From assembly GCA_018062585.1 (NCBI GenBank), contig JAGORY010000001.1, positions 1 through 63,164 of the forward strand: a stretch of DNA of 63,164 nt, written 5' to 3'. Each line of letters begins with the position of its first letter. Position 1 is the first letter of the stretch. The notes beneath the pieces were generated by a model. It saw only the letters and a list, made by a program, of their open reading frames with translations, made no database searches and had not been told where the DNA came from. The DNA comes from Candidatus Peribacteraceae bacterium (GTDB lineage: Bacteria > Patescibacteriota > Gracilibacteria > Peribacterales > Peribacteraceae). Below are positions 25,226 through 36,200 of this stretch, one piece after another. The position numbers and the translations under genes are program-made.

Positions 25226-27724
25226 ATGAAATCGGACATGCAGAACACTCTCATTGCCATCGGCATTCTGCTCTTGCTCGCCGGTATCGGCTGGTCCGTG
25301 CTCTGGGTCATGCGGTTCCTCGCCGACGTGAAGCGCGAGCGTGAGATGGTTTTCCTACAGGTTCTGATGCCCAAGAAAGAGAGTAAAGAGGACAAGGAAA
25401 TCGAATCCGAACAATTCGCGACCGGAAAAACATTCAAGGACGTTCTCGGAATCATGGATCATTTGTTCCAGACGCTCTCAAGCCTGAAGATCTCCGGCTT
25501 CAAGCGGTACTGGAAAGGATCGCATTTCTTTTCACTCGAATACGCGGCACTCGCCGGAGAAATCCTCACGTTTGTCGTCGCCCCCCGCCGCCTCATCCCG
25601 CTCATCGAAAAGCACCTCACGTCGTTCTATCCCGACGCCGTCATCGACATTGTGGAGGACTACAACATCTTCACGAAGCAATCGATGACTGCCGGCGCAT
25701 ACATGGTGCCCAGTAAGCCCTTCGTTTTGCCGTTTAAGAGTTACAACCAAATGAAGAGCGACCCATACAACGCACTCACGAATGCATTCAGCAAACTCAA
25801 AAGCGACGAAGGCGCCGCCATCCAGTTCGTTGTGCGTCCGGCAGGAGGTGGCTGGCAAAAGTCACTCCAGAAAGAAGCACAGAAGCTCATCAACCCCAAG
25901 AAGAACGGCGGCAAGTTTGCACTCTGGAATCCGCTATCGTGGATCGTGATGCTCATCGATATGTTCTCGGATGACAAGGACGTCCCGAAGGAAGGAGCAT
26001 CCGGCGAGCGCGTCTCGCAGCAGGTGGAAGAACTCAGCAAAGCAATCGATGAAAAGGCCAACTCGCCGGGTTTCTACACCACCATCCGTGTCCTGAGTTC
26101 CGCGCAAGATGAAGAGCGCGCTCAGTTAAACCTGGAAAGTATCGTCAGTAGCTTCAGCCAGTTCAATGACGTGCGCGGCAACAGTTTCCGCAAAACGAAA
26201 TTCCACTCCACGCCACGGCTTGTGTACGATTTCGTGCGTCGAACGCCGAGGAAGACCATCGCTCAGGCCTTGAGTTTCAAGACGATGCTGCTCGGTACCT
26301 CGGAACTCGCGACACTGTTTCACTTTCCGAGCATCAAGTACAACAAAGTGCAGAACATCAAGTGGCAAAACTTCAAAGTCGCTGCTGCGCCGAAGAATAT
26401 TTCGGATGAAGGCCTGTTCCTCGGTTACAACACATTCCGTGGCGAGCGCCGAAAGATCTTCATGAAGAACGACGACCGCTTCCGTCACTTCTACGTCATC
26501 GGACAGACCGGTACCGGTAAATCCTCCGTCATCCAGCTTATGGCGCGGCAGGACTTCCACAATAACAAAGGCATCTGTGTCGTGGATCCGCACGGTTCGC
26601 TCGTCGAGGACTTATTCCCCTACATTCCTCGCTCCCGCGCTGACGACATCATCTACTTCAACCCCTCGGACACCGAGCGTCCGATGGGACTCAACATGCT
26701 CGAAGGCCGCAACGAAGAGGAGCGCGACTTGATCGCCCTCGACGCGATGAACATGATGACGAAGATGTTCGGCGAAGAAATCTTCGGACCGCGCATCCAG
26801 GACTATTTCCGCAATGGCTGCTTAACGCTCATGGCCGACGAAGAAGAGGGAGGGGCCATTACGGACTTGGTGCGCCTGTTCACGGACGATGAGTGGCAGA
26901 AATATAAAGTGCAGAAAGTGAAGAATCCCATCGTGAAGTCCTTCTGGGACAAGCAGATGGCATCGACCGGTCAGCGCGAAAAGCAGGAAATGATCCCCTA
27001 CTTCGCGGCGAAGTTCGGTCAGTTCACGACGAACACCCTTATCCGCAACATCGTGGGACAGGTGAAAAGTTCGTTCGACTTCTCGGACGTCATGGACAAC
27101 AAGAAGATTCTGCTCATGAACCTGTCAAAAGGTTTGATCGGCGACATCAACTCGAAACTGCTCGGTATGATCATCGTGAATAAGATCCAAGTCGCCGCCA
27201 TGCGCCGCCAGCGCGAAGCCGCAGCCGCTCGTGAAGACTTCTTCCTCTACATCGATGAATTCCAGAACTACGTCACCGACTCCATCGAATCCATTCTCTC
27301 GGAAGCGCGCAAGTACCGCCTCGGGCTCATCATCGCCCACCAGTATCTGGATCAGCTCGAGAAAGACAGCAAGCTCTCGGGCAACGTAAAGCTCAAGGGC
27401 GCCGTCTTCGGCAACGTCGGAACGATGATGTTCTATAAGATCGGTCCGCAGGACGCCGAGTTCTGCGCTAAGGAAATGCGCCCAGTGTTCTCGGAATCAG
27501 ACCTCGTGAACTTGGATGCATTCAAAGGCTGCATGAAACTGTCCGTCGACAGTCAGCCCAGTCAGCCGTTCTCCATCGAAATCCCGAAGCCGTGGCAGGA
27601 TACCTCGTACGTCAAAGATGCGAAGGCGGTGGAAGCGTTCAAGCAGCTCTCGCGACTGAAGTACGGACGCGATAAGGATTTCATCGGTCGGGAGATCGTC
27701 CGCAGAATCGGCAACGGCATGTGA
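25226..27724 (+). CDS. membrane-anchored TraD/TrwB(VirD4)-like, HerA/FtsK-superfamily P-loop ATPase (paralog 2)
   Basis: 832 aa. Walker A is GQTGTGKS, followed by VDPHGSL, FFLYIDEFQ and ARKYRLGLIIAHQ. Long runs are shared with paralog 1: ERPMGLN, FGPRIQ.YFRNGCLTLM, TGQREK.EMIPYF. An alternative start is ATG 25238. Confidence 0.8.
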   Translation: MKSDMQNTLIAIGILLLLAGIGWSVLWVMRFLADVKREREMVFLQVLMPKKESKEDKEIESEQFATGKTFKDVLGIMDHLFQTLSSLKISGFKRYWKGSHFFSLEYAALAGEILTFVVAPRRLIPLIEKHLTSFYPDAVIDIVEDYNIFTKQSMTAGAYMVPSKPFVLPFKSYNQMKSDPYNALTNAFSKLKSDEGAAIQFVVRPAGGGWQKSLQKEAQKLINPKKNGGKFALWNPLSWIVMLIDMFSDDKDVPKEGASGERVSQQVEELSKAIDEKANSPGFYTTIRVLSSAQDEERAQLNLESIVSSFSQFNDVRGNSFRKTKFHSTPRLVYDFVRRTPRKTIAQALSFKTMLLGTSELATLFHFPSIKYNKVQNIKWQNFKVAAAPKNISDEGLFLGYNTFRGERRKIFMKNDDRFRHFYVIGQTGTGKSSVIQLMARQDFHNNKGICVVDPHGSLVEDLFPYIPRSRADDIIYFNPSDTERPMGLNMLEGRNEEERDLIALDAMNMMTKMFGEEIFGPRIQDYFRNGCLTLMADEEEGGAITDLVRLFTDDEWQKYKVQKVKNPIVKSFWDKQMASTGQREKQEMIPYFAAKFGQFTTNTLIRNIVGQVKSSFDFSDVMDNKKILLMNLSKGLIGDINSKLLGMIIVNKIQVAAMRRQREAAAAREDFFLYIDEFQNYVTDSIESILSEARKYRLGLIIAHQYLDQLEKDSKLSGNVKLKGAVFGNVGTMMFYKIGPQDAEFCAKEMRPVFSESDLVNLDAFKGCMKLSVDSQPSQPFSIEIPKPWQDTSYVKDAKAVEAFKQLSRLKYGRDKDFIGREIVRRIGNGM

Positions 27725-27767
27725 GCACAGAAGCGTAGGCTCGTAAGCAGACTCGACTTTCTGCTCT

Positions 27768-28955
27768 TTACCGGAGCGCGATCGTCTCCACAGGAACCGC
27801 ATACACGAGCAATCTCTGCGCGATACTGTCTGGCGGCCAGCAGGTGTAGAGGATGAGTTGCTCGCCTTTGTCGTCCGGTTCGAAAGCCGTTTTGTCACTG
27901 GCGTCGATCGTCCTTTTTTGCGACACCCTGTACACGTGCAGCTTCCCTTCATACGTAACATAGATCATCGCACCTTCCTGCACTTCGTTGATGGTCCGGA
28001 AAATCTTGGTGAATTGCGATAAGTCCCACGGGTAGCCGCTCGAGTGTCCGTAAATCATGACTTTGCTACCTTTTCCGGGATAGGCGAAGAGATGACCAAC
28101 ACCGGTCTGGAGCACCTCGAGTACTCCATTCTGGGTGAACGGGTCAGAGGGGTGAGTGATCGTGAGATCGACGATCCCGATGGAAGGAATGCTGATGGCG
28201 AACGGTTTCTGGGACGCGAACTGCGCGGAAGCCGTCGCCTGCACTGCGCCTGATACCGGAGCGGGAGGAGCGCCTCCGTTCACACTGAGTTGGACCGCAT
28301 TCGTCGTCTGTGCCGCAGGTCCTCCAAAAGAAGCGACGTTCTGCAGATGAACTTCGCGCATGCGGTACACGAGGTCGAATAACTGGCCCCGCGTCATGTA
28401 GTTACCGACTTCGAGACGGCTACCCGGCATCACGGCATTGCGTGAAAGCGCGACGCTGACGTTTCCGGCGTACCACTGATTTGGCTGGTTCGGGAGATCG
28501 GCTGAACTCAGGAACGGAGCGGACGCTGTCGGTTCACCGTAGGCACGGGTGACCATCGCCACTGCTTCGGCGACTTTCACGCCGCCTTGCGGGAAGAACG
28601 TTCCGTCGGGATATCCTTTGATCAAACCAAAACGAAAACCTGTTTCGACGTAGGGAGCGTACCACTCGGACTGCACGACATCCGGAAACAGTGAGATGGG
28701 AGGAAGCGCGGCCCTCGTCTTCTCAACTTCGAGAGCGTATTTGTTCTGAGCAAGCAGGATGATCTTCAGGGCTTCGGCACGATTCACGCGGTCATTGAGG
28801 CGTACGTTGCCGCCTCCGTCGATGACGCCGGCGCTGCTTAAGGACACGACAGCGTTGGTGTAGGCACTCTGATCAACATACTGAGCGAACGCAGCAGACA
28901 TGCCATTCACGAGGAATGTCAGGGTCAATGCTGCGGTCAAGACTTGACGTTTCAT
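27768..28955 (-). CDS. sortase-family transpeptidase fused to signal peptide and two SLH-like modules
   Basis: SLH-like FPDVVQSEWYAPYVETGFRFGLIKGYPDGTF. Sortase-like IYGHSSGYP...LILYTCWP...R. The ORF-track start at 29021 is GTG; the signal-peptide start MKRQVLTAALTLTFLVNGMSAAFA is at 28955. Confidence 0.75.
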   Translation of the reverse strand: MKRQVLTAALTLTFLVNGMSAAFAQYVDQSAYTNAVVSLSSAGVIDGGGNVRLNDRVNRAEALKIILLAQNKYALEVEKTRAALPPISLFPDVVQSEWYAPYVETGFRFGLIKGYPDGTFFPQGGVKVAEAVAMVTRAYGEPTASAPFLSSADLPNQPNQWYAGNVSVALSRNAVMPGSRLEVGNYMTRGQLFDLVYRMREVHLQNVASFGGPAAQTTNAVQLSVNGGAPPAPVSGAVQATASAQFASQKPFAISIPSIGIVDLTITHPSDPFTQNGVLEVLQTGVGHLFAYPGKGSKVMIYGHSSGYPWDLSQFTKIFRTINEVQEGAMIYVTYEGKLHVYRVSQKRTIDASDKTAFEPDDKGEQLILYTCWPPDSIAQRLLVYAVPVETIALR

Positions 28956-29125
28956 AGGATGAGTTATTTTAATCATTTTACAGATTTTGTCAATAGCAGC
29001 CATGCGATGAAAAACAGCCACAAAACAGAAGACGTACAGAGTTCGAATGCATTACAAAAGAGTCATTTTGTAACGTTTGACGGCATGGTTCGTCATACCT
29101 GTCGGACTCCACTCCCCCCAACCCT

Positions 29126-30112
29126 ATGCAGAAAATGCGGACTCGTCTTTGTCGGCTCCAAGACAAGAGACTTCTGGAGTACGCCGAGTTTGGCGATCCG
29201 AACGGAATGCCCGTCATGTTCTTCCACGGATTCATGGGCTCATGCCAGCAGGCTGTGCTTGCACATGCGAATGCACTTGAAGAGGGAGTGAGAATCATCG
29301 CCCCCAACCGTCCCGGCATCGGTAGGTCATCGCCGGCAACATTCAAAACCATGACCGAATATGCTTCGGACATCCGACAACTTGCGGATAAACTCGGCAT
29401 TAGACGTTTCGCCGTCATCGGCACGTCGGCAGGCGGATGTTTCGCGCTCGCGTGCGGGCAAAGCCTTCCTAGGCGCGTACGACTCGTCGGCGTCGTCGGA
29501 GGAATCGGCCCACTGAATGTCATGCATAACCTTCAGCAGATGACGCTCTTTCGGAGAACATTCCTCCGAGGCTGCCACGGTTATCCAAGCGTCGCTCGCT
29601 ACGGCATCGCCGCGTTCTTTCTCTTTTGCAAACATTGGCCGCGCTTGTCGTACAGCTGGCTCATCAAGACCTCATCTGTTATCGATGTCCAGATGATGTC
29701 CCGTAAGGACCTCACGCAAGCGCTGTGGTGGGACCATCAAAACGTCTTCCTGCAGAAAAACGGCATCGAGGGAATGCTTCTCGAAACGCGGCTCTACTTC
29801 CACTGGGGATTCGACCTCAAGAATTTCCCCAAAAAAACACGTGTGATCTTCTGGCACGGAAAAGAAGATCCGATCCTGCCGTGGTCCGTGATCCGCGAGA
29901 TGGCGGAACCGATCGCGCGATCTGAAGGAATTCTCTATTCCGGCGGCCACCTCACGTTCCTGATGAACCGTACGGACGTTGTTCTGAAACGCATGAAACA
30001 CGAATGGCGCAAAACAGAACCGACGTTCACCGCCCCTCGTTCGTTCGGTACCACGGGACTGCAGATGCGCGACTTTATTTCCGGCGCCGTACCGAGCGCC
30101 CGTTCGGCATAA
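29126..30112 (+). CDS. alpha/beta-fold hydrolase
   Basis: VMFFHGFMGS and the nucleophile elbow VIGTSAGG. Confidence 0.75.
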   Translation: MQKMRTRLCRLQDKRLLEYAEFGDPNGMPVMFFHGFMGSCQQAVLAHANALEEGVRIIAPNRPGIGRSSPATFKTMTEYASDIRQLADKLGIRRFAVIGTSAGGCFALACGQSLPRRVRLVGVVGGIGPLNVMHNLQQMTLFRRTFLRGCHGYPSVARYGIAAFFLFCKHWPRLSYSWLIKTSSVIDVQMMSRKDLTQALWWDHQNVFLQKNGIEGMLLETRLYFHWGFDLKNFPKKTRVIFWHGKEDPILPWSVIREMAEPIARSEGILYSGGHLTFLMNRTDVVLKRMKHEWRKTEPTFTAPRSFGTTGLQMRDFISGAVPSARSA

Positions 30113-30118
30113 ATTCCC

Positions 30119-30961
30119 ATGACCATCGACTCCCCTCTCCTCGGCATTCCCACAAGCATCCGGCGTCTGCAGCGTTTCGGCGTCGGAAATTTTACGAACG
30201 CGCAGATCGAGAAAAAATGTGCGTTCATCCACGGCATCATGGAGAAGCGAATGAACCCAGAGCGACCACTGTTTTCGGTCGCTATCCCAGCACACAAAGA
30301 AACCGGATACCTGCTCGCCACCCTCCGCTCGCTCGCCGAGCAGACGAATCAGAATACTGAGTTCATCGTTGTCTGCAACGGCGAGCAACGCGGCAGTCCG
30401 ACGGAACGGATGGCGAAAGCGGCTGGATTCAAAGTCATTAGTCTCCGCAAAGGCGGCATTGCTCGCGCACGTCAGTCCGGACTCATGGCCGCTCGGGGTA
30501 CGATCGTCGTTACGACCGACGCCGATACGGTCCATCTTCCGACGTGGATGGATGCCATAGCCGCTGACTGGAAAACCGAGACCGAGACGCCGCGTGTCGC
30601 CGGGTTCGGACCCGTGCATGCCCTCTCGCCATCGCTTGTGTATCAGGTAAGTAGCAGCGTACAAAACATGATGCGCAGCATGCAGGGACGACACTTCTTC
30701 TTCTCGGCGGCGGAAGCCAACTCGTGGTATCTGCGCTCCGCGGCACTGAGTCTCGGTGGATACGAAACCGAATCCAACTACTTCGAAGGATCCATCCTCC
30801 TCAAAAAACTCGCAGACCTCGGCGACCTCCGATGCGCAACCGATAAGCGCGCGGGCGTGTACGCATCGGACAGACGAACGATTTCAGAGCGGATGAAAGC
30901 GGGTACCCAGTACATGTTCGGCATCAGCTCGGATCGGATGCGCTACGCGGTCGTCCGCTGA
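30119..30961 (+). CDS. family 2 glycosyltransferase
   Basis: FSVAIPAHKETGYLLATLRSLAEQT...FIVVCNG and TTDADT (DxD-like). Confidence 0.75.
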   Translation: MTIDSPLLGIPTSIRRLQRFGVGNFTNAQIEKKCAFIHGIMEKRMNPERPLFSVAIPAHKETGYLLATLRSLAEQTNQNTEFIVVCNGEQRGSPTERMAKAAGFKVISLRKGGIARARQSGLMAARGTIVVTTDADTVHLPTWMDAIAADWKTETETPRVAGFGPVHALSPSLVYQVSSSVQNMMRSMQGRHFFFSAAEANSWYLRSAALSLGGYETESNYFEGSILLKKLADLGDLRCATDKRAGVYASDRRTISERMKAGTQYMFGISSDRMRYAVVR

Positions 30962-32199
30962 TCAGCAGCGCTGGAGCCGGCTACGTATCCGGTCGTCCAG
31001 CAGATCTGGAGACTAAAGCCTCCGGACGGACGATCAAAATCCAGAATGTCACCAGCGAGGAAGAGGTTTCTGAATTTCTTGGAACGCATCGTCTTGAACT
31101 CGACTTCTTTGAGGTCCACTCCGCCGCCAGTCACGACGGCTTTGTCTTCACCCAGCAGACCCGACACTGACATCGGGAAATCTTTCAGTAGTGCCCCGAA
31201 TGCAAGCCGATCCTCCCGCGTAAGCTGATGGAGCGGAACCGCAAAATCGATGCCTGCAAGCGAAAGAATGACATGACCCAGCCGCGGCTGCACGAGTTCG
31301 CCGATGTTGTTTTTGATCATCTTGTTTTTGCCTTTCTCAAAGACTTCGATGATGTGTTTATCGAGAGCCCCCGGATCGAACGTCGGAAAAAGGTCGAGCG
31401 AGAGTGTGACGGGACCGGTCTTCAAGAGTGTGCCGATGTTCTTGCTCATATTGAGGACCATCGGGCCACTGAGGCCGATGTGGGTGAAGAGCATTTTTCC
31501 GGTTTTCGATTCATGCTTCGTCGTTCCCTGAAAAACGGTGAGCTTCGCATTCTTGAGGCTGATGCCAGCAACATCTTTGATCCACGGGTTTCGGATCGTG
31601 ATGGGAACGAGTGCCGCCTCCTGCTCGATGACGGTGTGACCAAGCTTTTTCATCCACACAAATCCATCGCCGGTAGAACCGGTTTCAGGATGCGATTTAC
31701 CACCGGTTGCTAGAATGTAATTCTTGGCTACCAGAGATCCTGCATCATGAATAACTTTTGTGATCAATCCGTCGTCTGCTTCGATTCCCTTCACCGTGAC
31801 ACCAGTTAGTACCTGTACTTTGCCTTGGGCCATGGAAGCGGCCAGAACGTTTCGGACATCGGCAGCGTTATCGGTCACCGGAAACGCGCGCTGTTCGGGC
31901 TCGATCTTCAGCTTCAATCCCTTCGATTCAAAGAAATCCCACGTTGCTTGTGCGTCAAACTGCGAGAACGTGGAGTAGAGCGACTTCCCTTTTTTGCCGT
32001 ACCTATCGACGAGCGTATGGGTATCAAACTCGGCATTGAGAATATTGCAGCGACCGCCACCCGAGATCAGGAGCTTCTTTCCGAGTCCCGGATTTTTCTC
32101 GAGCAGAATGACCGTAGCCCCCAGTTCGGCCGCCCGAGCCGCAGCCATCATTCCCGCCGGTCCCCCGCCGATGACCGCGATATCATAATTCTTATCCAT
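30943..32199 (-). CDS. NAD(P)/FAD-dependent oxidoreductase, HI0933/BaiN-like flavoprotein
   Basis: MDKNYDIAVIGGGPAGMMAAARAAELG...GGGRCNILN. The 240-aa upstream extension of ORF 30943..32919 is discarded because it overlaps the plus-strand methyltransferase. Confidence 0.8.
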   Translation of the reverse strand: MDKNYDIAVIGGGPAGMMAAARAAELGATVILLEKNPGLGKKLLISGGGRCNILNAEFDTHTLVDRYGKKGKSLYSTFSQFDAQATWDFFESKGLKLKIEPEQRAFPVTDNAADVRNVLAASMAQGKVQVLTGVTVKGIEADDGLITKVIHDAGSLVAKNYILATGGKSHPETGSTGDGFVWMKKLGHTVIEQEAALVPITIRNPWIKDVAGISLKNAKLTVFQGTTKHESKTGKMLFTHIGLSGPMVLNMSKNIGTLLKTGPVTLSLDLFPTFDPGALDKHIIEVFEKGKNKMIKNNIGELVQPRLGHVILSLAGIDFAVPLHQLTREDRLAFGALLKDFPMSVSGLLGEDKAVVTGGGVDLKEVEFKTMRSKKFRNLFLAGDILDFDRPSGGFSLQICWTTGYVAGSSAADQRTTA

Positions 32200-32212
32200 A
32201 TGGTCAGAATAC

Positions 32213-33094
32213 ATGAGCAATGAAAGGTACACTGCACGCATGAACGAATACTCGCTCCTCGATTTCAGCCACGGTGAACGCCTAGAACAATGGGGACCGT
32301 ACCGCCTGAGGCGCCCTGATCCGACGACGGCGGGCTCGGTACAGGAAAAGCCAGAGCTGTGGGAAGATGCCGACGCCGCGTACATCGGCGAAAAGGGCAA
32401 AGGCGAATGGGTCAGGAAAAAACCGGTCCCGGAGCACTGGCCGGTGACGTTCGGCGATATCAAACTCCTTGCGCGCCTCGCTCCGTACAAGCACACCGGA
32501 ATATTTCCCGAGCAACAGCAGAACTGGGACTGGGCCAGAGCCGAAGCGAAAAAACTCGCCCGCCCGCTCACGATCCTCAACCTCTTTGCGTATACCGGTG
32601 GTGCCTCCGTAGCACTCGCGAAAGACGGCCACTTCGTGACGCATGTTGATTCATCGCGACCTTCCATCGGCTGGGCGAAAGAGAACGCGCTGCTCAATGC
32701 CATCGGCACAGACCGCATCCGCTGGATGCTCGAGGACGCGCCGACGTTTGTAGCTAAAGAAGTGAAGCGCGGCAAAAAGTATGACGCCGTGATCCTAGAT
32801 CCTCCTGCGTACGGCCATGGAGTATCCGGCAAAACGTGGCGGGTCGAGCGCGATCTTGCGCCGCTTCTGGAAAATTGCGCGCTACTGCTCTCCGAGTCAC
32901 CCTCGTTCATCGTGCTCAACGGCTACGGCCACTCGGATACTCCGGAAAGCTTTCATCGGCTCCTCACGGCGATCATCCATGCGAAAACAACGCAGAAAAA
33001 CTTTCTGCTCTCGGCGCGCGAACTCACGCTCAAGACCGACGACGGACGAACACTTGAAACCGGCATTGTTGCGCGGTGTGGGTTCTCGCGCTAA
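32213..33094 (+). CDS. class I SAM-dependent (RlmI/K-like) methyltransferase
   Basis: ILNLFAYTGGASVALA, THVDSS and VILDPPAYG. Confidence 0.75.
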   Translation: MSNERYTARMNEYSLLDFSHGERLEQWGPYRLRRPDPTTAGSVQEKPELWEDADAAYIGEKGKGEWVRKKPVPEHWPVTFGDIKLLARLAPYKHTGIFPEQQQNWDWARAEAKKLARPLTILNLFAYTGGASVALAKDGHFVTHVDSSRPSIGWAKENALLNAIGTDRIRWMLEDAPTFVAKEVKRGKKYDAVILDPPAYGHGVSGKTWRVERDLAPLLENCALLLSESPSFIVLNGYGHSDTPESFHRLLTAIIHAKTTQKNFLLSARELTLKTDDGRTLETGIVARCGFSR

Positions 33095-33129
33095 AAAGCG
33101 GCTTTCCTCCCTCCGCCCTCACCTCCCGT

Positions 33130-33162
33130 CCTCCTCTCCTGCCGATGGGGCCGGAGAGGAGG
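33130..33162. terminator. GC-rich hairpin between convergent genes (CCTCCTCTCC-n13-GGAGAGGAGG)
   Basis: A perfect 10-bp stem. The G/C-tract composition is related to repeats A and B. There is no clear U-run. Confidence 0.4.
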
Positions 33163-33233
33163 GGGCCCGTGTTCTCGTACAACAGCAAAAGACCGGTGCA
33201 TAGCCCGGTCCTCGCTTCGGCGATGAAAGATAA

Positions 33234-36200
33234 TTAGCTTTGTACTTCCTCCTCTTTCTTCGGCAATGCACCGATGAGAAGGTCCGGATCATAACCGAGA
33301 TCTTGGTCACTCTTTTCGGCCTTGTAGCCGTTTGGCAAACGAAGTTGCTTCGTCTTGGGATTCCACGTGAACAGCATATCCAAATCCGGATGGCGCCAGC
33401 CGTACTCCGAACGATGGTAGTGGTCGCACGAGTAGTGACGTCCACGGCTGTCAACCTCGGGGTTCTTGGCGAGATCGGCAAATGTCATCGGAGCTTCGCG
33501 GATACACATATTCCAGAACGGGTTCGTGGAAATTGGAACGCCGTCTTTATCGACCGGGAACGACGGTAGAACTGCGACTTTCAAGGGCTCTACGCGCGGA
33601 CGCAGCGAGATGTTGATTTCCTCGCAGAGCGTCGACGACTTCATCTGCTCGCTGATGTACGCGGCGTCACGTCCGATGTAACCGCTCATTTCCGCGGCAA
33701 CCAATTCGATCATACCGGGCAGAACCGGAGTCGGCAGAGCGCGTTGCATGCTGCAGATGTACTGCTTCTCGACGCTTGTGAGCGGTACCTCCGCGCCTCC
33801 GAAGGCTGCCGGTGGGATGTCTCCTGTGAGGCCGTTCTGCTTTGCGATGAAGATTACTTTGCCGAAGAGAACGTTCGTATTGTGTCCACGGTGTCCGCCG
33901 TTCGACTGTACGGGATCAGGTGAGCGGTTGGTGTTGCCGTTCTCGGAAGGCGTTTCCTCGGGACCAGGCTCTCCGCCACTACCACCTCCGTCGCCTCCGG
34001 TGGATCCCTCGGGTGCATTGACGCTCACAGTTCTCGCGACTTCAAGTGCGGCGTTGCCGGCCGCATCTGAGACATTGAATCGGACCAAGTACGTTCCTGC
34101 GACGCCAGTATTGACCGGGTTGGTCACGACAATATTCTGGGTGATGTCACCATCACTATCGTCGAGAGCGGTTGCGCCTGCATCGACGTAGATGTCACCG
34201 ACGTTCAGAATAACGGTGAGATTTCCGAGGAGTGTGATGACAGGCGGAGTGGTGTCCGGAACCGGTTCGGATTCGACCACCTCGACCGTTCTCGTCACTT
34301 CCGTCGCGGCATTACCTGCGGCGTCTGAAACGTTGTAGCGGACCGTGTAGGTGCCGATGACATTCGCATCGACCGGATTCGTGACGACGATGTTTGCCGT
34401 AATGTCGCCGTCGACATTGTCCGAAGCCGTTGCCCCAGCGTCGGTGTACGGCGTAGTGACGAAGACCGTGACAGGCGTGCTGCCAAGAAGTGTGATAACT
34501 GGGGGCACGATATCCATATCAGCAGCGAGGACGTTCACCGTGCGTGTGACTTCGATGGCTGCGTTACCGGCGGCGTCAGAGACGTTGTAATGAACGATGT
34601 ACGTACCGATCGTTGCGGTATCCACAGGATTCGTGACCACGATATTTTCCGTGATATCGCCATCAACACCATCAGACGCAGTTGCACCGGCATCAACGTA
34701 CACCGATCCCACCGTGATGTTCACAGGGTCGGTACCAATGAGCACAATGACCGGAGCAACCGTATCGGGAGAAGCCTCGGACTGGCCGTAGGCTGTGCTA
34801 TTCACGACGGTTTCGGGGTACTCGATCCAGCCGAACTTCACGGATGTGCTGCCGGAATCTTTGTCCATCCAAGAGATGTGGCTGGATGCAGGAGAGAACT
34901 CTGACTGATCAATGGAGCTGAAGTTCGTGAATGAGACTTGTAGGAGTGATGACTGCGTATTACTGATCTGCGAATTGACGACGTCGGCCTCGAGGACGAA
35001 CGTGGCATCCGAGCCTGGATCAATCTCGGTGTTGACACTGGTGCCTGCGGTAACGCATGTCACGACGAGTAATCCGGTCTGTCCGAGTAGTGACTCTTGT
35101 GTCGCTGCGGCAGTACAAGGAGCCTTCACCGTAGGATTGTCTTTGTTGTACAGACGAAACGTCGAACTGCCAGCTGACGTATTGTCTCCGCTACCAAGCT
35201 GTACGTTCGTAGCCTGAACGTTGAAGATGACGCCGGACAGTGCAAATTTGTTTGAGCCGTTTTTGAAGTTCATTGCCGCCGATGTCGTGAAAGCAAACTG
35301 TCCGATAGCGCGCGCGACACCCGTCGGAATCGCGGTGCCGTGGGGATCGGGAGACGCATTCGTCATCGAGGAAATTTGGCTCAAGACGACGTGGTTTCGG
35401 AGAGAGTTGATGCGGACGTTGGCTGCAGAAAGCGACTGGGTTCCGATCATGATCTCGCCCTCGGCCGTTCCGTCCATATCACTGAATACGAATTGGTTGG
35501 AGGAGGTCACGCCGCGAGCGTGGAGCGAACCGCTGGAAGCGGACGGAGTCGGATCGATGGTGAAGCCGAATTCATGGCCGGAGACAGCGCCGTCCGTATC
35601 CGTGCGCATGCGCGGATGAACGATGAGATCCTTCGTGGTTCCCGCAGAGACGATGAACTGGCCGCCGAACATGCGCGCGCACATCGAGTTTGGTGGAACA
35701 ATATCCGATCCGCAGCCACCGATGGTCGCATGGGCAAACGGTGTCGCAGAACCCACGTCGTACAGTTCCAAACGGTCCACACTCCATCCAAAGTTCGCAG
35801 CATTTGCGCCGGACGCAGTGAGAACGAGCCACGTCACATCAGCATCCTCACCCTCGGCCCTGAATTCAAGGCGCATGGCGCTGTCCTCAAGAGTGCCGCC
35901 AAGCAGCTGCCTTGAGCGGACCGGCGTCGTATCGCGTACGACACTGAGAGATCCGGCTGACGCCGTCGTCACCATTTGCAACGCTTTCTCTGCATTGATA
36001 CGCTTGCCCGTAACGGTCTTCGTCGCAAGCGACGGCAAAGGGTCTCCGGACGCTAGAATGACAGACTTCACTTCGCTCGCAGTAAGCGCGGGCTTGTATC
36101 CCATGATGAGACCAGCGAGTCCCGCGGTGAGAGGCGAGGAGAATGACGTGCCGTCGACAAAGGAATAGCCTTCGCCGCCGAGCGCATCCTTCGTGATCAC

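Noticed and set aside
29672-30694. 340-aa minus-strand ORF
   Set aside because: It spans the antisense of the alpha/beta hydrolase and GT2 genes, both of which carry clear motifs. Its composition is Arg/Gly-rich.
32200-32919. 240-aa N-terminal extension of ORF 30943..32919
   Set aside because: The Rossmann motif DIAVIGGGPAG that normally sits at the extreme N-terminus begins right after the ATG at 32199. The extension overlaps the plus-strand SAM methyltransferase and is Ser/Arg/Ala-rich.
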